Position numbers and translations under genes: made by a program
Notes under the pieces: model-generated
Database searches by the model: none
What the model was told of the DNA's origin: nothing
The model's input: the letters and a program-made list of their open reading frames with translations, nothing else
DNA from: Catajapyx aquilonaris
Taxonomy: Eukaryota
Reading direction: 5' to 3'
DNA length: 53,181 nt
Assembly (NCBI GenBank): GCA_000934665.2
Contig: JYFJ02002689.1
Span: 1-53,181, forward strand
Part shown: positions 25,801 to 36,472 of the stretch, one piece after another
How positions within the stretch are numbered: position 1 is the first letter of the stretch
Layout of the letters: each line of letters opens with the position of its first letter

Positions 25801-27161
25801 ACTCAAATTGATTCCAGCCCTTTTGTAAAGCCCCACGACTAGTCGTTAAGGTCCAGAACATATCCGGATTCCTTTAGCATTGCCGAGCCCCAAGTTAAAT
25901 AATACAACATTTTTTATTCGGTTAAAACTGGAGCACATGTTGAATCCACCGGGTAAATTATATTCCTCGAGTATTGTTTCACGGGTATTTCGGTCCAACT
26001 GCGAGTCTGTTGTTCTTAGCCAACTTGAGGCGGCTACACATTCATCACTCGGAATAAGATATGCAAAGTAGGCCAGACCCACGTCACTCGCCTTAAATAA
26101 AGCCCTTCTCCTCTAACTAAAGCCTCTCTCTCGACGGACTTGCTGCCGTCAAGAAGGACCAGACCAGTGCAGTGGAGGAAAAAGAGCGAGCAAACCCTCC
26201 CTCCAGAAAACATTTTCGGGCTGTAAATTATAGTCTAAAATCAAAGAAAAGATTTACGAGGTGAGCCTGGGCAGAGTGATTAATTAAACCAGTTGAAATC
26301 GCGCCCGTATATTTCACACCCTCTACTTTTGGAGACGATGCAAATTGTGTTTCCATCTGGCTTTTCCTGGAGGTAAGGAATATAAGGAGAGAGAGAAGAC
26401 AAGTCCGTTTTACCCGTTTCCTACCCATTACTGCGAATTAGCTCATTTCATGGCTGGCCTCCTTCGCAGATCGGCGGCCAAGGAGAGATCCTTTTTTTCC
26501 CGCTCGGCCAACCACCAAGAACCAGAACCCGCACTTAGGTATAGCAGGATTTCTCCCAAGCTTCCACCTTTACACATCCATTGCGTATAATTGCTTCATA
26601 AAGTTTAAAGAGACAGAATATTTCTATGGGAGGGAACCAATCTCGACGCATGATTTTTTTTCTCTGCATGTGACACTATTTTATCGGGTTGGAAATCGAT
26701 TGTTCACTTTTTTTTGTTTCAGTTCCCTTCCACATGCTTCGACCAATATCTACCCGCTGCTGGGGCAGTCAAATTTCAATATTGCGGAGCATAAATCGTT
26801 TCGTTGCAATACAGTGCAAGTATATCTCGAATGCGGGACAAAACGGGATATATGAGCACATCCTATATACAGTTCTCCACGTTCTTTTGCACAAAAAATA
26901 ATATTGATTTTTGGTAAATGGGAGAGCGAAATTGTACTCTTTCTGCAGCGGTAATCGAATGTTACCAATGCTGGACGGATAATTTTACAGATATCCAGTG
27001 CACGCGGACAGGTCCATTGCACTTCGTTTACGTAATATGCTGGATCTAGAAAAATTCTACCTTGGACAAACAGCTAATTGCCTTGACAACAATGCAAAAG
27101 TAACTGATTAAAAATAAGCGACTAAGTGCGGAAAAAAATCACAAGAGCAATCGCAAAAGGG

Positions 27162-27178
27162 TTTTGGATCACCCTGTA
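27162..27178 (-). mobile_element. Isolated Tc1/mariner-type terminus (TTTTGGATCACCCTG-TA)
   Basis: Its reverse complement TACAGGGTGATCCAAAA matches 6572-6588 at 15/17 positions. Confidence 0.4.
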
Positions 27179-30100
27179 CTTATCCAAGCAGGTGTCACGA
27201 AAGTATGCCGGAGACTATAATTATTTGATGTGCTGTATTTGGCCCAAACAAACCAGTGCGATCAATGTTCAGGCGACCAAAGTTTTCTTCGTATGTAATT
27301 ACAGTAGTCTAATATTTGGCACTAATATAAACACGATCATGTCGAATCTTTGTGGTTCCGTTATCAACATGTGCTAGTAAATCGAACCTTCCCACAGGTG
27401 TATGTTGGTAAATACTCTTCACACGCCATGAAGTCTTGCACAGTATGTTACTGACAGCATGAGTTTGTCAGTTTCACTTGTTAAACAACCAAAATAACGT
27501 GCAGCAGACTAAAACGGTCTAATGTGAGTAATTGATGTAATATTTACAGATAAATTGTCGGCTAAATTAAACCGATTTAAATTACGTATCATTGGATTTA
27601 AAGGGAAATTGAGTTAAACAGTGTTTTGTGACACACATCTCGATGTTTATACATCTGCCAGTATAACGTGGAATAAATTTTACATCAAAAGCTGATAGAA
27701 ACTGGATCACAAAGCTACTGTTTAAGTAATAAACAATTCAGATGGTGCGCACATTGCACGGGACATACACGATACACCTATGAAAAAGAGCTTCGTGGAG
27801 CAGACATCAATTCTGGTTTCGGTCACTGATCAGAAAACGCTTTCGTGGCTAATGGCAACTACCTAGTCACTTTCTCCATCACATTATTCAGTTAATCGAA
27901 ATAAATTTCTTAAAATGGGTACATAGTACTGTACTGTATGTGCAGCGATTTTTACCATTCTTGCGCGTATTTCACTCATTTAAAACAAAATTCTACTGTT
28001 AAACTATGTAATATGACAAATCCAGGAAGAATTAGAGTAAATTGGTTCAAAACAGGATAAACATTGGATTAATTAAACAATGTTTGGCTCATTCCCTCCG
28101 GGCCTTCCCATAACCAGTCATATAATTATGACCTTCGCCAGAGAGAGTTTGTGTTATTTAAATCAAAAAGGGGCCATACAGACACGTGTACAGATAACGC
28201 CGTAGAATATAGGTAATACCGTATCCACAAAGTTGGAAGTTGATGCTTAACAAACATCCCGAACACAAATAGAATCAAGTTGCTTCAAAGCGAATTCATT
28301 ATTTTACTGTTGCCAGTGCTGCACGCTTTATGAAACACAGCCTTGTGCTGTCAGTACCAGAGCACTCACAACTGAAGAAATGCTTTTCCTTTTGCGGTGA
28401 GCTCATCATTATTCTCAAACGGAAAATATTAGGAAGGCACAAACATTTGCATTAATATCTCAAAGCACCAGTCGAGCAATGTTGTTTTTAAATCTTATTT
28501 ATATTGCTTTATATCTTATTAGAATAAAAACATCCCAAGTCCAACTCTTTCCAAAACGATGATTTTGGATGGTAGATCTGCTGATCATAAAGGGACGTAA
28601 GTGAAGAGTGTAATATATTGCAGTGTTTGTCTTGAACCCGATATAAAAACATCTTCGAGATGTGTAAATAAAAATTTGACATCAGAAATGAATCGTTCTT
28701 CAAAATGTCAAGAACCAATTTCCCTGCAGTTCCAGGTATGTCCTCAGACCGACCTTCAATTATGCAGAAATTAGTCCTTGTCGTTGGTTCACCTGGCACG
28801 ACCTTGGCATAACCCAGACGAACTGACTATGGAATGGCGCAGGAATGGCGACATGTGTGGGCGGAAAAATGCAGGGTCCTACAGTCAAAGCTGAACAAAA
28901 GCCCTCGTTGTATAATTCATTAACGGATTACATAACATTTCCTGCTTGAAAACAAGCTACGTCATTAAACAAATGAAGTCGTAAGTGCAGCTCTGTGATG
29001 GGAGAGATTTGAAAAAGAGCTCGAAAAAGAACTGATCAACATGAGATCCTTAAAAAAAATCATGACGCACACTTCTTTGCAAGGAATGTCTTCCATTCAA
29101 AACCTAGCCCAAGATGCCTGTTGCGCACTCATATGTAATGTAGAATATAACTAATTATTGACATGCGTATTCAAACATTCGTCATACAAGTTGTTAAATG
29201 GGAGCCGAGATTTAATTCGGGCTTCGAACTTAATGACTGCACCTTGTATGCTATCATGTAAATACGAGCGTATAATACAACATTTTTTTTGTAAAAGAAC
29301 AGTAGCCAGGGCAATATCCAATAATTGACCAACTGGAATGGATCTAGGAAGTAGCCTACTGTTCATCAAAAGAACTTTTGAAACATGAATATTAAACCTG
29401 CATGCAATTTGTGTCGGTGTAAACCTGACATAAGGATGTTTTTTTTTCAAATAATGTAGGCCATATACATGATTAATAGGTGAATCCTGTATTCAGTTTG
29501 TATTTACTGACACGATATCAGTACAATTTATTTAAACCTTCAAAATTGCACTTTAGTTCTTTACACTCAAGCTTGTATTGTGGCTAACATGCTTACTCCG
29601 TTTTAGAATTATTTACGGTACTCTCTATTGTACCGCAGCTTTCATTATAATTATATGAGGCTTGAAGTGCATAAACAACTAAATAATAGATCAAAGATAC
29701 GCAGTGTTATTCGAAGTGTCAGTTAATTCATATTTTATCCTCCGACGACCTTGACATTTTTCAGAGGTTTCTTTGATCTCATTTTGTTATTGTCCGGCAT
29801 GGGCATGACCTTTACATATCCCAGACCGAGACTCACTGGCGAGTATAGTGGAATAACCACATGTTTGTGTGAAAGAGTCAATATTAGGCAATTAAAAACC
29901 GAATTAAGTTTTATAGAAGTACCATTTACTAATGAAATATGCGTCCGATTCTGCAACAAACCAATTTTGCTATAGTCCGTACACAGTAATATTGCACAAC
30001 TGAGGAAGTGTGGAAGGTCACCAATGCGTGTGTAATACTGCCTGAATGATTTGTTCTTTCATGAGGAACGTTTTCGTGCATGTAACAGAATTTGAACATC

Positions 30101-30181
30101 GTTTCTATCATTGATGTTCGATTCGAATGGTTCCAATCATGGTTTTAGAGTACTCAGGTCTGGACACTCCCACCTACCCCC

Positions 30182-30241
30182 TGCCGGGGCATTTTGTATG
30201 GGGTGCTCACCTGAGAGCGCCCTATGCAAAACGCCCCGGCA
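30182..30241 (+). other. 60-nt stem-loop (pre-miRNA-like or MITE-derived hairpin)
   Basis: Arms 30182-30208 and 30215-30241 pair over 27 positions: 23 Watson-Crick, 3 G-U and 1 A-C on the + strand, with a 6-nt loop ACCTGA. Confidence 0.7.
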
Positions 30242-30645
30242 AGTGATAAGATCAGACTCTAGGGGTAGTGTCCGGGGGCTGGTTCCAATGGGTCATTTCT
30301 AATCAGAGCAGGTGTTCCAGAAATCAAACAAATATCAAGATAATTTCACCATTCTTCTTTGGTGCTAACCGATCATTTTCGAGAAGGAAAATGTGAGATA
30401 TCTTCGATCTGTCAAGGACCAAGGGTGTGAAAATACATTAAAGTACTGTATAAGAATATAGTTCTTTACACCGTCACAAAAACCCTTTAATTGGCAAACT
30501 TGGAAAGGACATTAGTAAAATTACGGTAGTTGTATTTCTCAACTATAATAATTGGTACGAAATGCTGCAATCGATGAATTTCGTTTTTATTGTTGCCTTC
30601 CATGTCCAGGGTCAAGAGAGTCAACCGTGCACTTGATGATAAAAG

Positions 30646-31013
30646 CATGAAATTTTGTAGGAGTGCCCTTGGGACCATACTCTTCAAATTCAGATTTGGC
30701 GCCTCTCCCGTTATCACCCCGGAGGCCCGTAATTGCAGGTTGCATACCCTTCAGCGAGTGAAAAGTCTTTTTCAAGTCGCTGTTGCTCCGAAAATACGGA
30801 CCGTACGTGGAAAAGGTACTTATGCATTTTTGTAGAACACATGTTTCTCTACAAGCTTTGTTTGGCACATATCCTCCTGAGAAGCATAGTTCACTCAGAA
30901 AGATACTTTTCACTAGATTCAAGGTAGCCAACCAGCCTCCGGGGCGAAAACGTGGGTGTCGCCAAATCTGGATTTGAAGAGTATGGTCCCAAGGACATTT
31001 CTACCAAATCTCG
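30646..31013. mobile_element. Non-autonomous fold-back/inverted-repeat element
   Basis: 60-bp inverted arms at 30667-30726 (CCTTGGGACCATACTCTTCAAATTCAGATTTGGCG...CCCCGGAGGC) and 30935-30994, with looser complementarity extending about 20 bp outward. The spacer is about 208 bp. Outer ends and TSD were not resolved. Confidence 0.65.
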
Positions 31014-31802
31014 TCTCTCAAAACCATGTTACGGCAATAAAAATTAATAATTTTTCCTAACGGCTGCGCGACAACTTTTTTCGTAACAGCCGCCATGTTG
31101 TATTCTTTTTTTCCCCCACGGTGCAAGCTTTTTCCAACAGATGCCGAAGTACATTTCTAAGTTACTAGAGGTTGTATCCCAGAATATACACCATCTATTT
31201 TCGCGCACTTTCTCTCTGGCGGGCCCGTTAAAAATGTTTGAAAATGAATGTATCTCCAGAGATACATTGCCAATTAAAGGGCTATTCTCCCATGTCCTTC
31301 CTCTCTCCAAAATTCTTTCTTCCCTCCCCACTCTCTCGTAATTATGCTGTGGCTCCACCAACAAACCAAACAAAAACTATTCAAATCTTAATCACTACCG
31401 TACTTATTTATCTTATTTAAAAATTGCTCTTGGTACTTAATCACTTATAATGTTAACAGGCTATAATTATGTTGTATGTGACTGTCATATAGACGTTTGC
31501 TCGATAGCGTGTGTACACTCTGCTATTTCATATTTATGAAAATAAATAATGCATCATAGCATGTGTTGTTATAAACGCCTGATCAGGCCAGATTCCGATT
31601 TTTCTGCAGTTCCCATGCGTTCCCATGCCAACAGACGGCCTTGACGTGTGCAGCTAACTTCGAGGTTGACACATTTTTAAACAGCGTTTTCAACCTTCAG
31701 GCGACCCTGCCTGGAATCATATGACACCAGGACGGCTATACGGTGCACCCAGTTTCAAGTGGTATTATACAATCTTGTAAAAAAGTTTCAAAATTACTCT
31801 AA

Positions 31803-31927
31803 GGGCCGGTTTCACCGAGCTTGGTATATGATAAAACCAGGTTTCTTTAGGAAAATCCATGCAAATAGATAGGGATTTTGAGAAATACCCTGGTTTTATC
31901 ATATACTGAGCTCGGTGAAACCGGCCC
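31803..31927. mobile_element. PIF/Harbinger-type (Tourist-like) MITE, 125 bp
   Basis: 39-bp terminal inverted repeats GGGCCGGTTTCACCGAGCT(tg/ca)GTATATGATAAAACCAGG match at 37/39. The flanking 3-bp duplication TAA (31800-31802 and 31928-31930) and the GGGCC terminus are typical of PIF/Harbinger elements. Confidence 0.9.
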
Positions 31928-32764
31928 TAAGTCCACACTTTGTACCATTTTGAATGTAAAATGTAACTTATTATTCTTCAAAGATAATAATTTTACAAGA
32001 AAAGAAGTATTTAAATTTAGGTACCTGCCATGTTCGGCCATTGGCAAAGTTATTACGTATTTAACCATGGCGTATACTATCTCCAAAATATAAGGAATGT
32101 TCCCTGTATGATGTGACACTTATTAGAGTGTCCATTATTTGTCAGTATGAACAATAAATTTTAATGAATACCATAGCGTTTAGCTTGGATTTCCAATATG
32201 ATACAGTTTAAAAGAATGCACCATCCTTCCACTCATTTCAAAGTTTCCGAGAATCGTAGACATGAGCAAGGCAATATTGATCCAAAGCTTCCGCATTCAT
32301 TTTACAAAATTACCAAGCGTCAGGACGGTAACTTTCTTTGCATGACTTGCCAGCGTCAAGTCAGTAAAAACAGGGCAAAATAACATTACAGGAAAAAGTA
32401 TTTCTGACGGAACAACGAAGACCGTAATGTGCAATGATCCCATAGAACATAAATATGTTGAGTTCAGAACGGTCAGTGATAACAAAGAATCATTTTAGGT
32501 ATGAGATATTGAAGTGTGAACATTGCATGAATTCTTGCGTGGAAAAAATATCGGCCACATACGAGTATTAGATGAGCGACGTAACTTTGTGTGGTATGTC
32601 GGAGAAGGGGAGCATCATTTGAACGGGATTGGGGCTACAAGAAAATAATTTATGTTGAGTTTAGCTTTAGGAGGTTTGGCGACTGCAAGTTATTTATGCG
32701 TCAGTTTGTGTCTATATTGAATTTATCGTGACAAAAACTGCATGAGCTCATAAAATAATACCTG

Positions 32765-33167
32765 TGTGACCCGAGCGGCTGGGTACATACAGAAGAAAAA
32801 GCAAGTGAGGTTGGTTCAAGCACAGTGAGTTTATTTGCAAGCAAATGAGTACGTGAGGATAGCAAGGTTAAGGAGGGAATTTAAGGTAACCAGAGAGGTA
32901 GCAAGGATAACCAGGTATGGGTAGGTAACCTCCGGAGAGGAGTGACTGTTGACCAAGATATTCTCCTGGCTACTAAGCCTCGAGTGTTGGTCGGCGGCTG
33001 GTTATATAGGTAGTGCCCCAATGCGAGGTGGGTATGGATGTTGGCAGGAGTCACGTGACAGGTATGCGGCACGTGGGAAGCCAAGTTGGAAAAGTACATG
33101 TACAGTGTGGTACAAAATAACATCCGTTAAGTGGGGCATCATATGGGCACGATAAAATTCGGTCACA
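32765..33167 (-). mobile_element. Solo LTR of an LTR retrotransposon (4-bp TSD, Gypsy/Ty3-like), 403 bp
   Basis: Termini TGTGACC...GGTCACA form a 7-bp perfect inverted repeat with TG..CA ends. They are flanked by the direct repeat CCTG at 32761-32764 and 33168-33171. The minus strand carries a TATATAA box (33002-33008) and a downstream AATAAA (32830-32835) in U3-R-U5 order. The segment is GC-richer than its flanks. Confidence 0.85.
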
Positions 33168-34000
33168 CCTGCATTACATTTACCATATATTGTAAAATAA
33201 TGAGAAAAGGAGTAGTGACTCACTTACCGATCATGTTCCGCAGCAAACGTTCTCCAATTCTGCTCAATGCCTCTCAGAAATAAAGAAAAATGATGTTCAA
33301 TTGTCCACCCTGCTTTTTCATTCATTTCACCACGTCAAAATCTGCACAGCCACCTGCAAGTAATGAAAACAGCAACTTACACAACGCATAACTACAAACA
33401 CATAGAACTGTAATGCACAATCATGCTGGCGATGCTGCTTATTAATTAAATGTCATCTGTGCACTACAGTTCACTACAGTAGGGGTATTTACTGGTAAGC
33501 AATGTATATACAACAACAAACCAATGTGGTTACGTTGAATTCTAAGGTATTTTCTTTTGGGGTTTTCAAAGGGACTAAACCGAACGAAACAGAGTTGTTT
33601 GTGACACTTATGGAATGTATTTAGAATGTGATAGTAAGTTAATATCAATATGTTTGGTTACAGTGTGATAGGATAATAACGTTACTCCAGTTGCTATGTC
33701 CTTCAATACGAATGTTATCCTTTGACAGAGGAGGTTAATATTTGATGATGCTTGCAGCAAATCGGTATTGATTGGTAAACTACTGCATAATTAACCAATT
33801 CCGCAAGTGCAAGTAGAACAGCATGAAGCAACACAGTTATGGTTTAGGCGCTTAGGGTAACACTCACATATTATTATTCACGAAACGGATCATTTTCCAC
33901 ATAGAATTGTCGCGCGACTACAGCAGACTATACACGATATCTTAGTTGACTTCCAGTTTCGAAAAGCTATAGAAAATTGAGGATTACATTTTCTGATCTA

Positions 34001-35905
34001 ATGATGTTGGTTTTTATGTTTTCTCTCAGCTTGTTCTCCAGTGGCGTTATAAATGGACTCAAACTAATTAATATCTTTGACTCAAACCCAGCTGATAATA
34101 ATGTCATTAATTTAATGATGAGCGTCCTGCAAGAAGAAACTGTCAAGGACTTTGAGTGTCCTCTAGTGTTGAATCATGACGTGTTCGGTCCTGTTCCGAG
34201 AAGCCTCGAAACTCTCCTGCATAACACTTCGTCTGTTGGAAGACCTCAGATCATCACTCAGTCCTCGTCACAAAGTTCGTGGGATTGCAGCGTCTCCGTT
34301 TCGAAAGACGTGACAAGTGAATTCCGTGAGACAGTTCGGCAGGCAAAGTGCATTGTGTTCTTCATTTCAACGTGCGCCGATAACTACGAAGATGTCATGG
34401 AAGAACTTCTCGACTCTGGCAGCAGCATCGTGGTGGCGAAAAAGACGATGGATATCTTTGTCGTTTTGGTGAGAAACGACATGGCAGATGACTTTCTCTT
34501 TGAAAAACCGGCTTCTCTACTCAAGAACAAGTTGGCCCTCACGCCAGCTCAAAATAACACAGTTTTAGGGAAATCAGTTTGCTTCTTCTGCAAAGGTGGC
34601 CAGCCAGAATTGGAGACGATCGCATCTCTGGAAGACATCGGCATATCCGTGTCCAAACTAAACCTGTTCAAAGACACGACACTCGATTTGCATGGTAGGC
34701 ACTTGGACGGCGTTTACATGTGGCCCGGAAGTAGTGGAAACAACTGCACACGTTCATATCCTTACATGTGTTTTCTGGGTCAAGCGATGAATTTCAAGTG
34801 GGAAGTGGGTGTTGTTGACTTTGATCGCATTGTAAGCGACGCAGGAGAGGCCTTGCAACTCATGAATGATTTTCACTCTGGAAAGGTCGCCTTCGTACCT
34901 AAGGCCCCCATGATAGATTTAATTTACTCGCTCTTTGACTTATCATCGCCGCATAATCACTACAGGATTACATTCCTTGCACGCCAACCACGTGAAATAA
35001 TTACTCCTTTAATTGTAGTGTATCCTTATCACATTTTATCGTGGTTGTTGTTTGCAGTTTGTTTCTTGGTGTCTATCGGGTCAGTTATAATTTTGTCTAA
35101 GTTTAAAACATATAACAAGAGAAGGAAGGGCGTACCAAAATCATTTTTCCCAGCCTTCCAGCTCATGGCAAGAATATCAGTAGATCAGATTCCTCCATTG
35201 CCAGAATCATCAGCCCATCATTCCATTATCTTCTGCTGGATTATTTTCTGCATGGTGGTTAGCACGGGGTATAAAGCCAAACTTTTTCACCTCATGATTT
35301 CTCCTCCGAAAGAAAAAATACCGACTACTATTAGTGAATTACGGGTTTCAAAATTTTCAATAAAAACAACGCCCGTTATTAAATTTTGGCTTGACGGAGG
35401 AGATTCAGATTTTCACCATAAATACTCCGATTTGCTTTCCAAAATATCTGTTGTTGACGACGTTGGAGGTCACATCAAAGAAATTTTCACTGAAAACACA
35501 GTGTATCTAGAATCCCACCGCCAGCTTCTGAATTACGCCGATACAGCGAGTAAGTATTACGAAGGTACTTCATTTACTTCACCTGACACCTTGGTTGTCA
35601 TGTATACCTCCGTAATATTGCTCAAAGAAAGCATTTATGCTGAACGTGTAGACTATTGGATGCAAATATACAACGCCATTGGCTTACAAGTGTATTGGGA
35701 TAGAGTCTGGAATCATGAATTGATTGTAGAAGTATTCAAATGGTGCAAAAGAGAACATAGGGGCATTTGCGTGGAAAAGGATACAGTTTTTTCTTACACT
35801 CACGTTCAGGGTCCTTTTGACATATTGTTCTGTGGCCTCAGTGCTGGAGTCTTTACGTTTATAATAGAACTTTTAATGCGGTGTAATCGTAATTGCACAC
35901 AGTGA
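34001..35905 (+). CDS. Divergent Ionotropic Receptor (IR; variant ionotropic glutamate receptor family, chemosensory), about 634 aa, single long coding exon
   Basis: This is the only long ORF (open 33977-35905; first ATG at 34001). It has IR/iGluR topology: a hydrophobic N-terminus (MMLVFMFSLSLFSSGVING); a CxxC motif (SVCFFC) followed by LFKDTTLDLHGRHL (IR 'LFPxxxxNLxGxxL' start of S1); S1 end LFDLSSPH..ITFLARQP; M1 YPYHILSWLLFAVCFLVSIGSVIIL; pore-loop AFQLMARISVDQ; M3 IIFCWIIFCMVVSTGYKAKLFHLMISP followed by IPTTISEL; and M4 HVQGPFDILFCGLSAGVFTFIIELL. The true start could lie in an upstream exon (acceptor-like AG at 34028-34029). Confidence 0.9.
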   Translation: MMLVFMFSLSLFSSGVINGLKLINIFDSNPADNNVINLMMSVLQEETVKDFECPLVLNHDVFGPVPRSLETLLHNTSSVGRPQIITQSSSQSSWDCSVSVSKDVTSEFRETVRQAKCIVFFISTCADNYEDVMEELLDSGSSIVVAKKTMDIFVVLVRNDMADDFLFEKPASLLKNKLALTPAQNNTVLGKSVCFFCKGGQPELETIASLEDIGISVSKLNLFKDTTLDLHGRHLDGVYMWPGSSGNNCTRSYPYMCFLGQAMNFKWEVGVVDFDRIVSDAGEALQLMNDFHSGKVAFVPKAPMIDLIYSLFDLSSPHNHYRITFLARQPREIITPLIVVYPYHILSWLLFAVCFLVSIGSVIILSKFKTYNKRRKGVPKSFFPAFQLMARISVDQIPPLPESSAHHSIIFCWIIFCMVVSTGYKAKLFHLMISPPKEKIPTTISELRVSKFSIKTTPVIKFWLDGGDSDFHHKYSDLLSKISVVDDVGGHIKEIFTENTVYLESHRQLLNYADTASKYYEGTSFTSPDTLVVMYTSVILLKESIYAERVDYWMQIYNAIGLQVYWDRVWNHELIVEVFKWCKREHRGICVEKDTVFSYTHVQGPFDILFCGLSAGVFTFIIELLMRCNRNCTQ

Positions 35906-35929
35906 AGTGTAGTCTACAGATTCACTTGT

Positions 35930-35935
35930 ATTAAA
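35930..35935 (+). promoter_or_regulatory. Candidate polyadenylation signal of the IR gene (ATTAAA; alternative AATAAA at 36222-36227)
   Basis: Hexamer 25 nt after the IR stop codon, followed by TGTTTGTT. These hexamers are common in AT-rich DNA, so support is weak. Confidence 0.3.
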
Positions 35936-36472
35936 ATGCAAAATGTTTGTTATTAAGCAGACTATGCTAATATACAAGCTAATATCATATAATTTTTTGA
36001 AAAAAATCAGAAATGTCAGAAGCATTTTCCAAAGAGCTTATCGCACCAAAGCCTTTTAAATGTCCACATCGCCCATATAAGCCTTCAAAACATTCGCTTT
36101 TGTGTATTCATATTTCACACTGAGTCGGGTCTGCATACCGCTATTGCTCAACAGGTACAGTATCTCATTTCAACATTCACTGTTTTCTGTAGTACCATGT
36201 ATGTTACAAATGTTCTACCAAAATAAATCTCCCACATTCCCTCCTACACTGCCTTCATTTACTGTTTGATTAAGCCACACTATAATTCAGCATCAAATAA
36301 GTGCGTGCTTGCCTAATAACAAGAAGTGTTTTAAAACCTTGACGCATTTCCACACAGTACTAACTGCAGGGCAGGGATACTTAAACACATTTAATAAACT
36401 GTCTGGCAAGAAATAACAGGATCACCATGAGCAGCCCACATTGCACCGCGTGAGTATTGGCGCAAACACCAA

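Noticed and set aside
29837..29950. Minus-strand phase 0-0 exon candidate (NRTHISLVNGTSIK...PLYSP)
   Set aside because: Splice signals are only moderate, and I could not link it to neighbouring exons or a known protein.
32355..32648. Peptides KTGQNNITGKSI and FLRGKNIGHIRV, faintly like IR TPAQNNTVLGKSV and LHGRHL (possible IR pseudogene)
   Set aside because: The match is short, the CxxC motif is missing and no transmembrane remnants follow. A tblastn of the IR against the window would settle it.
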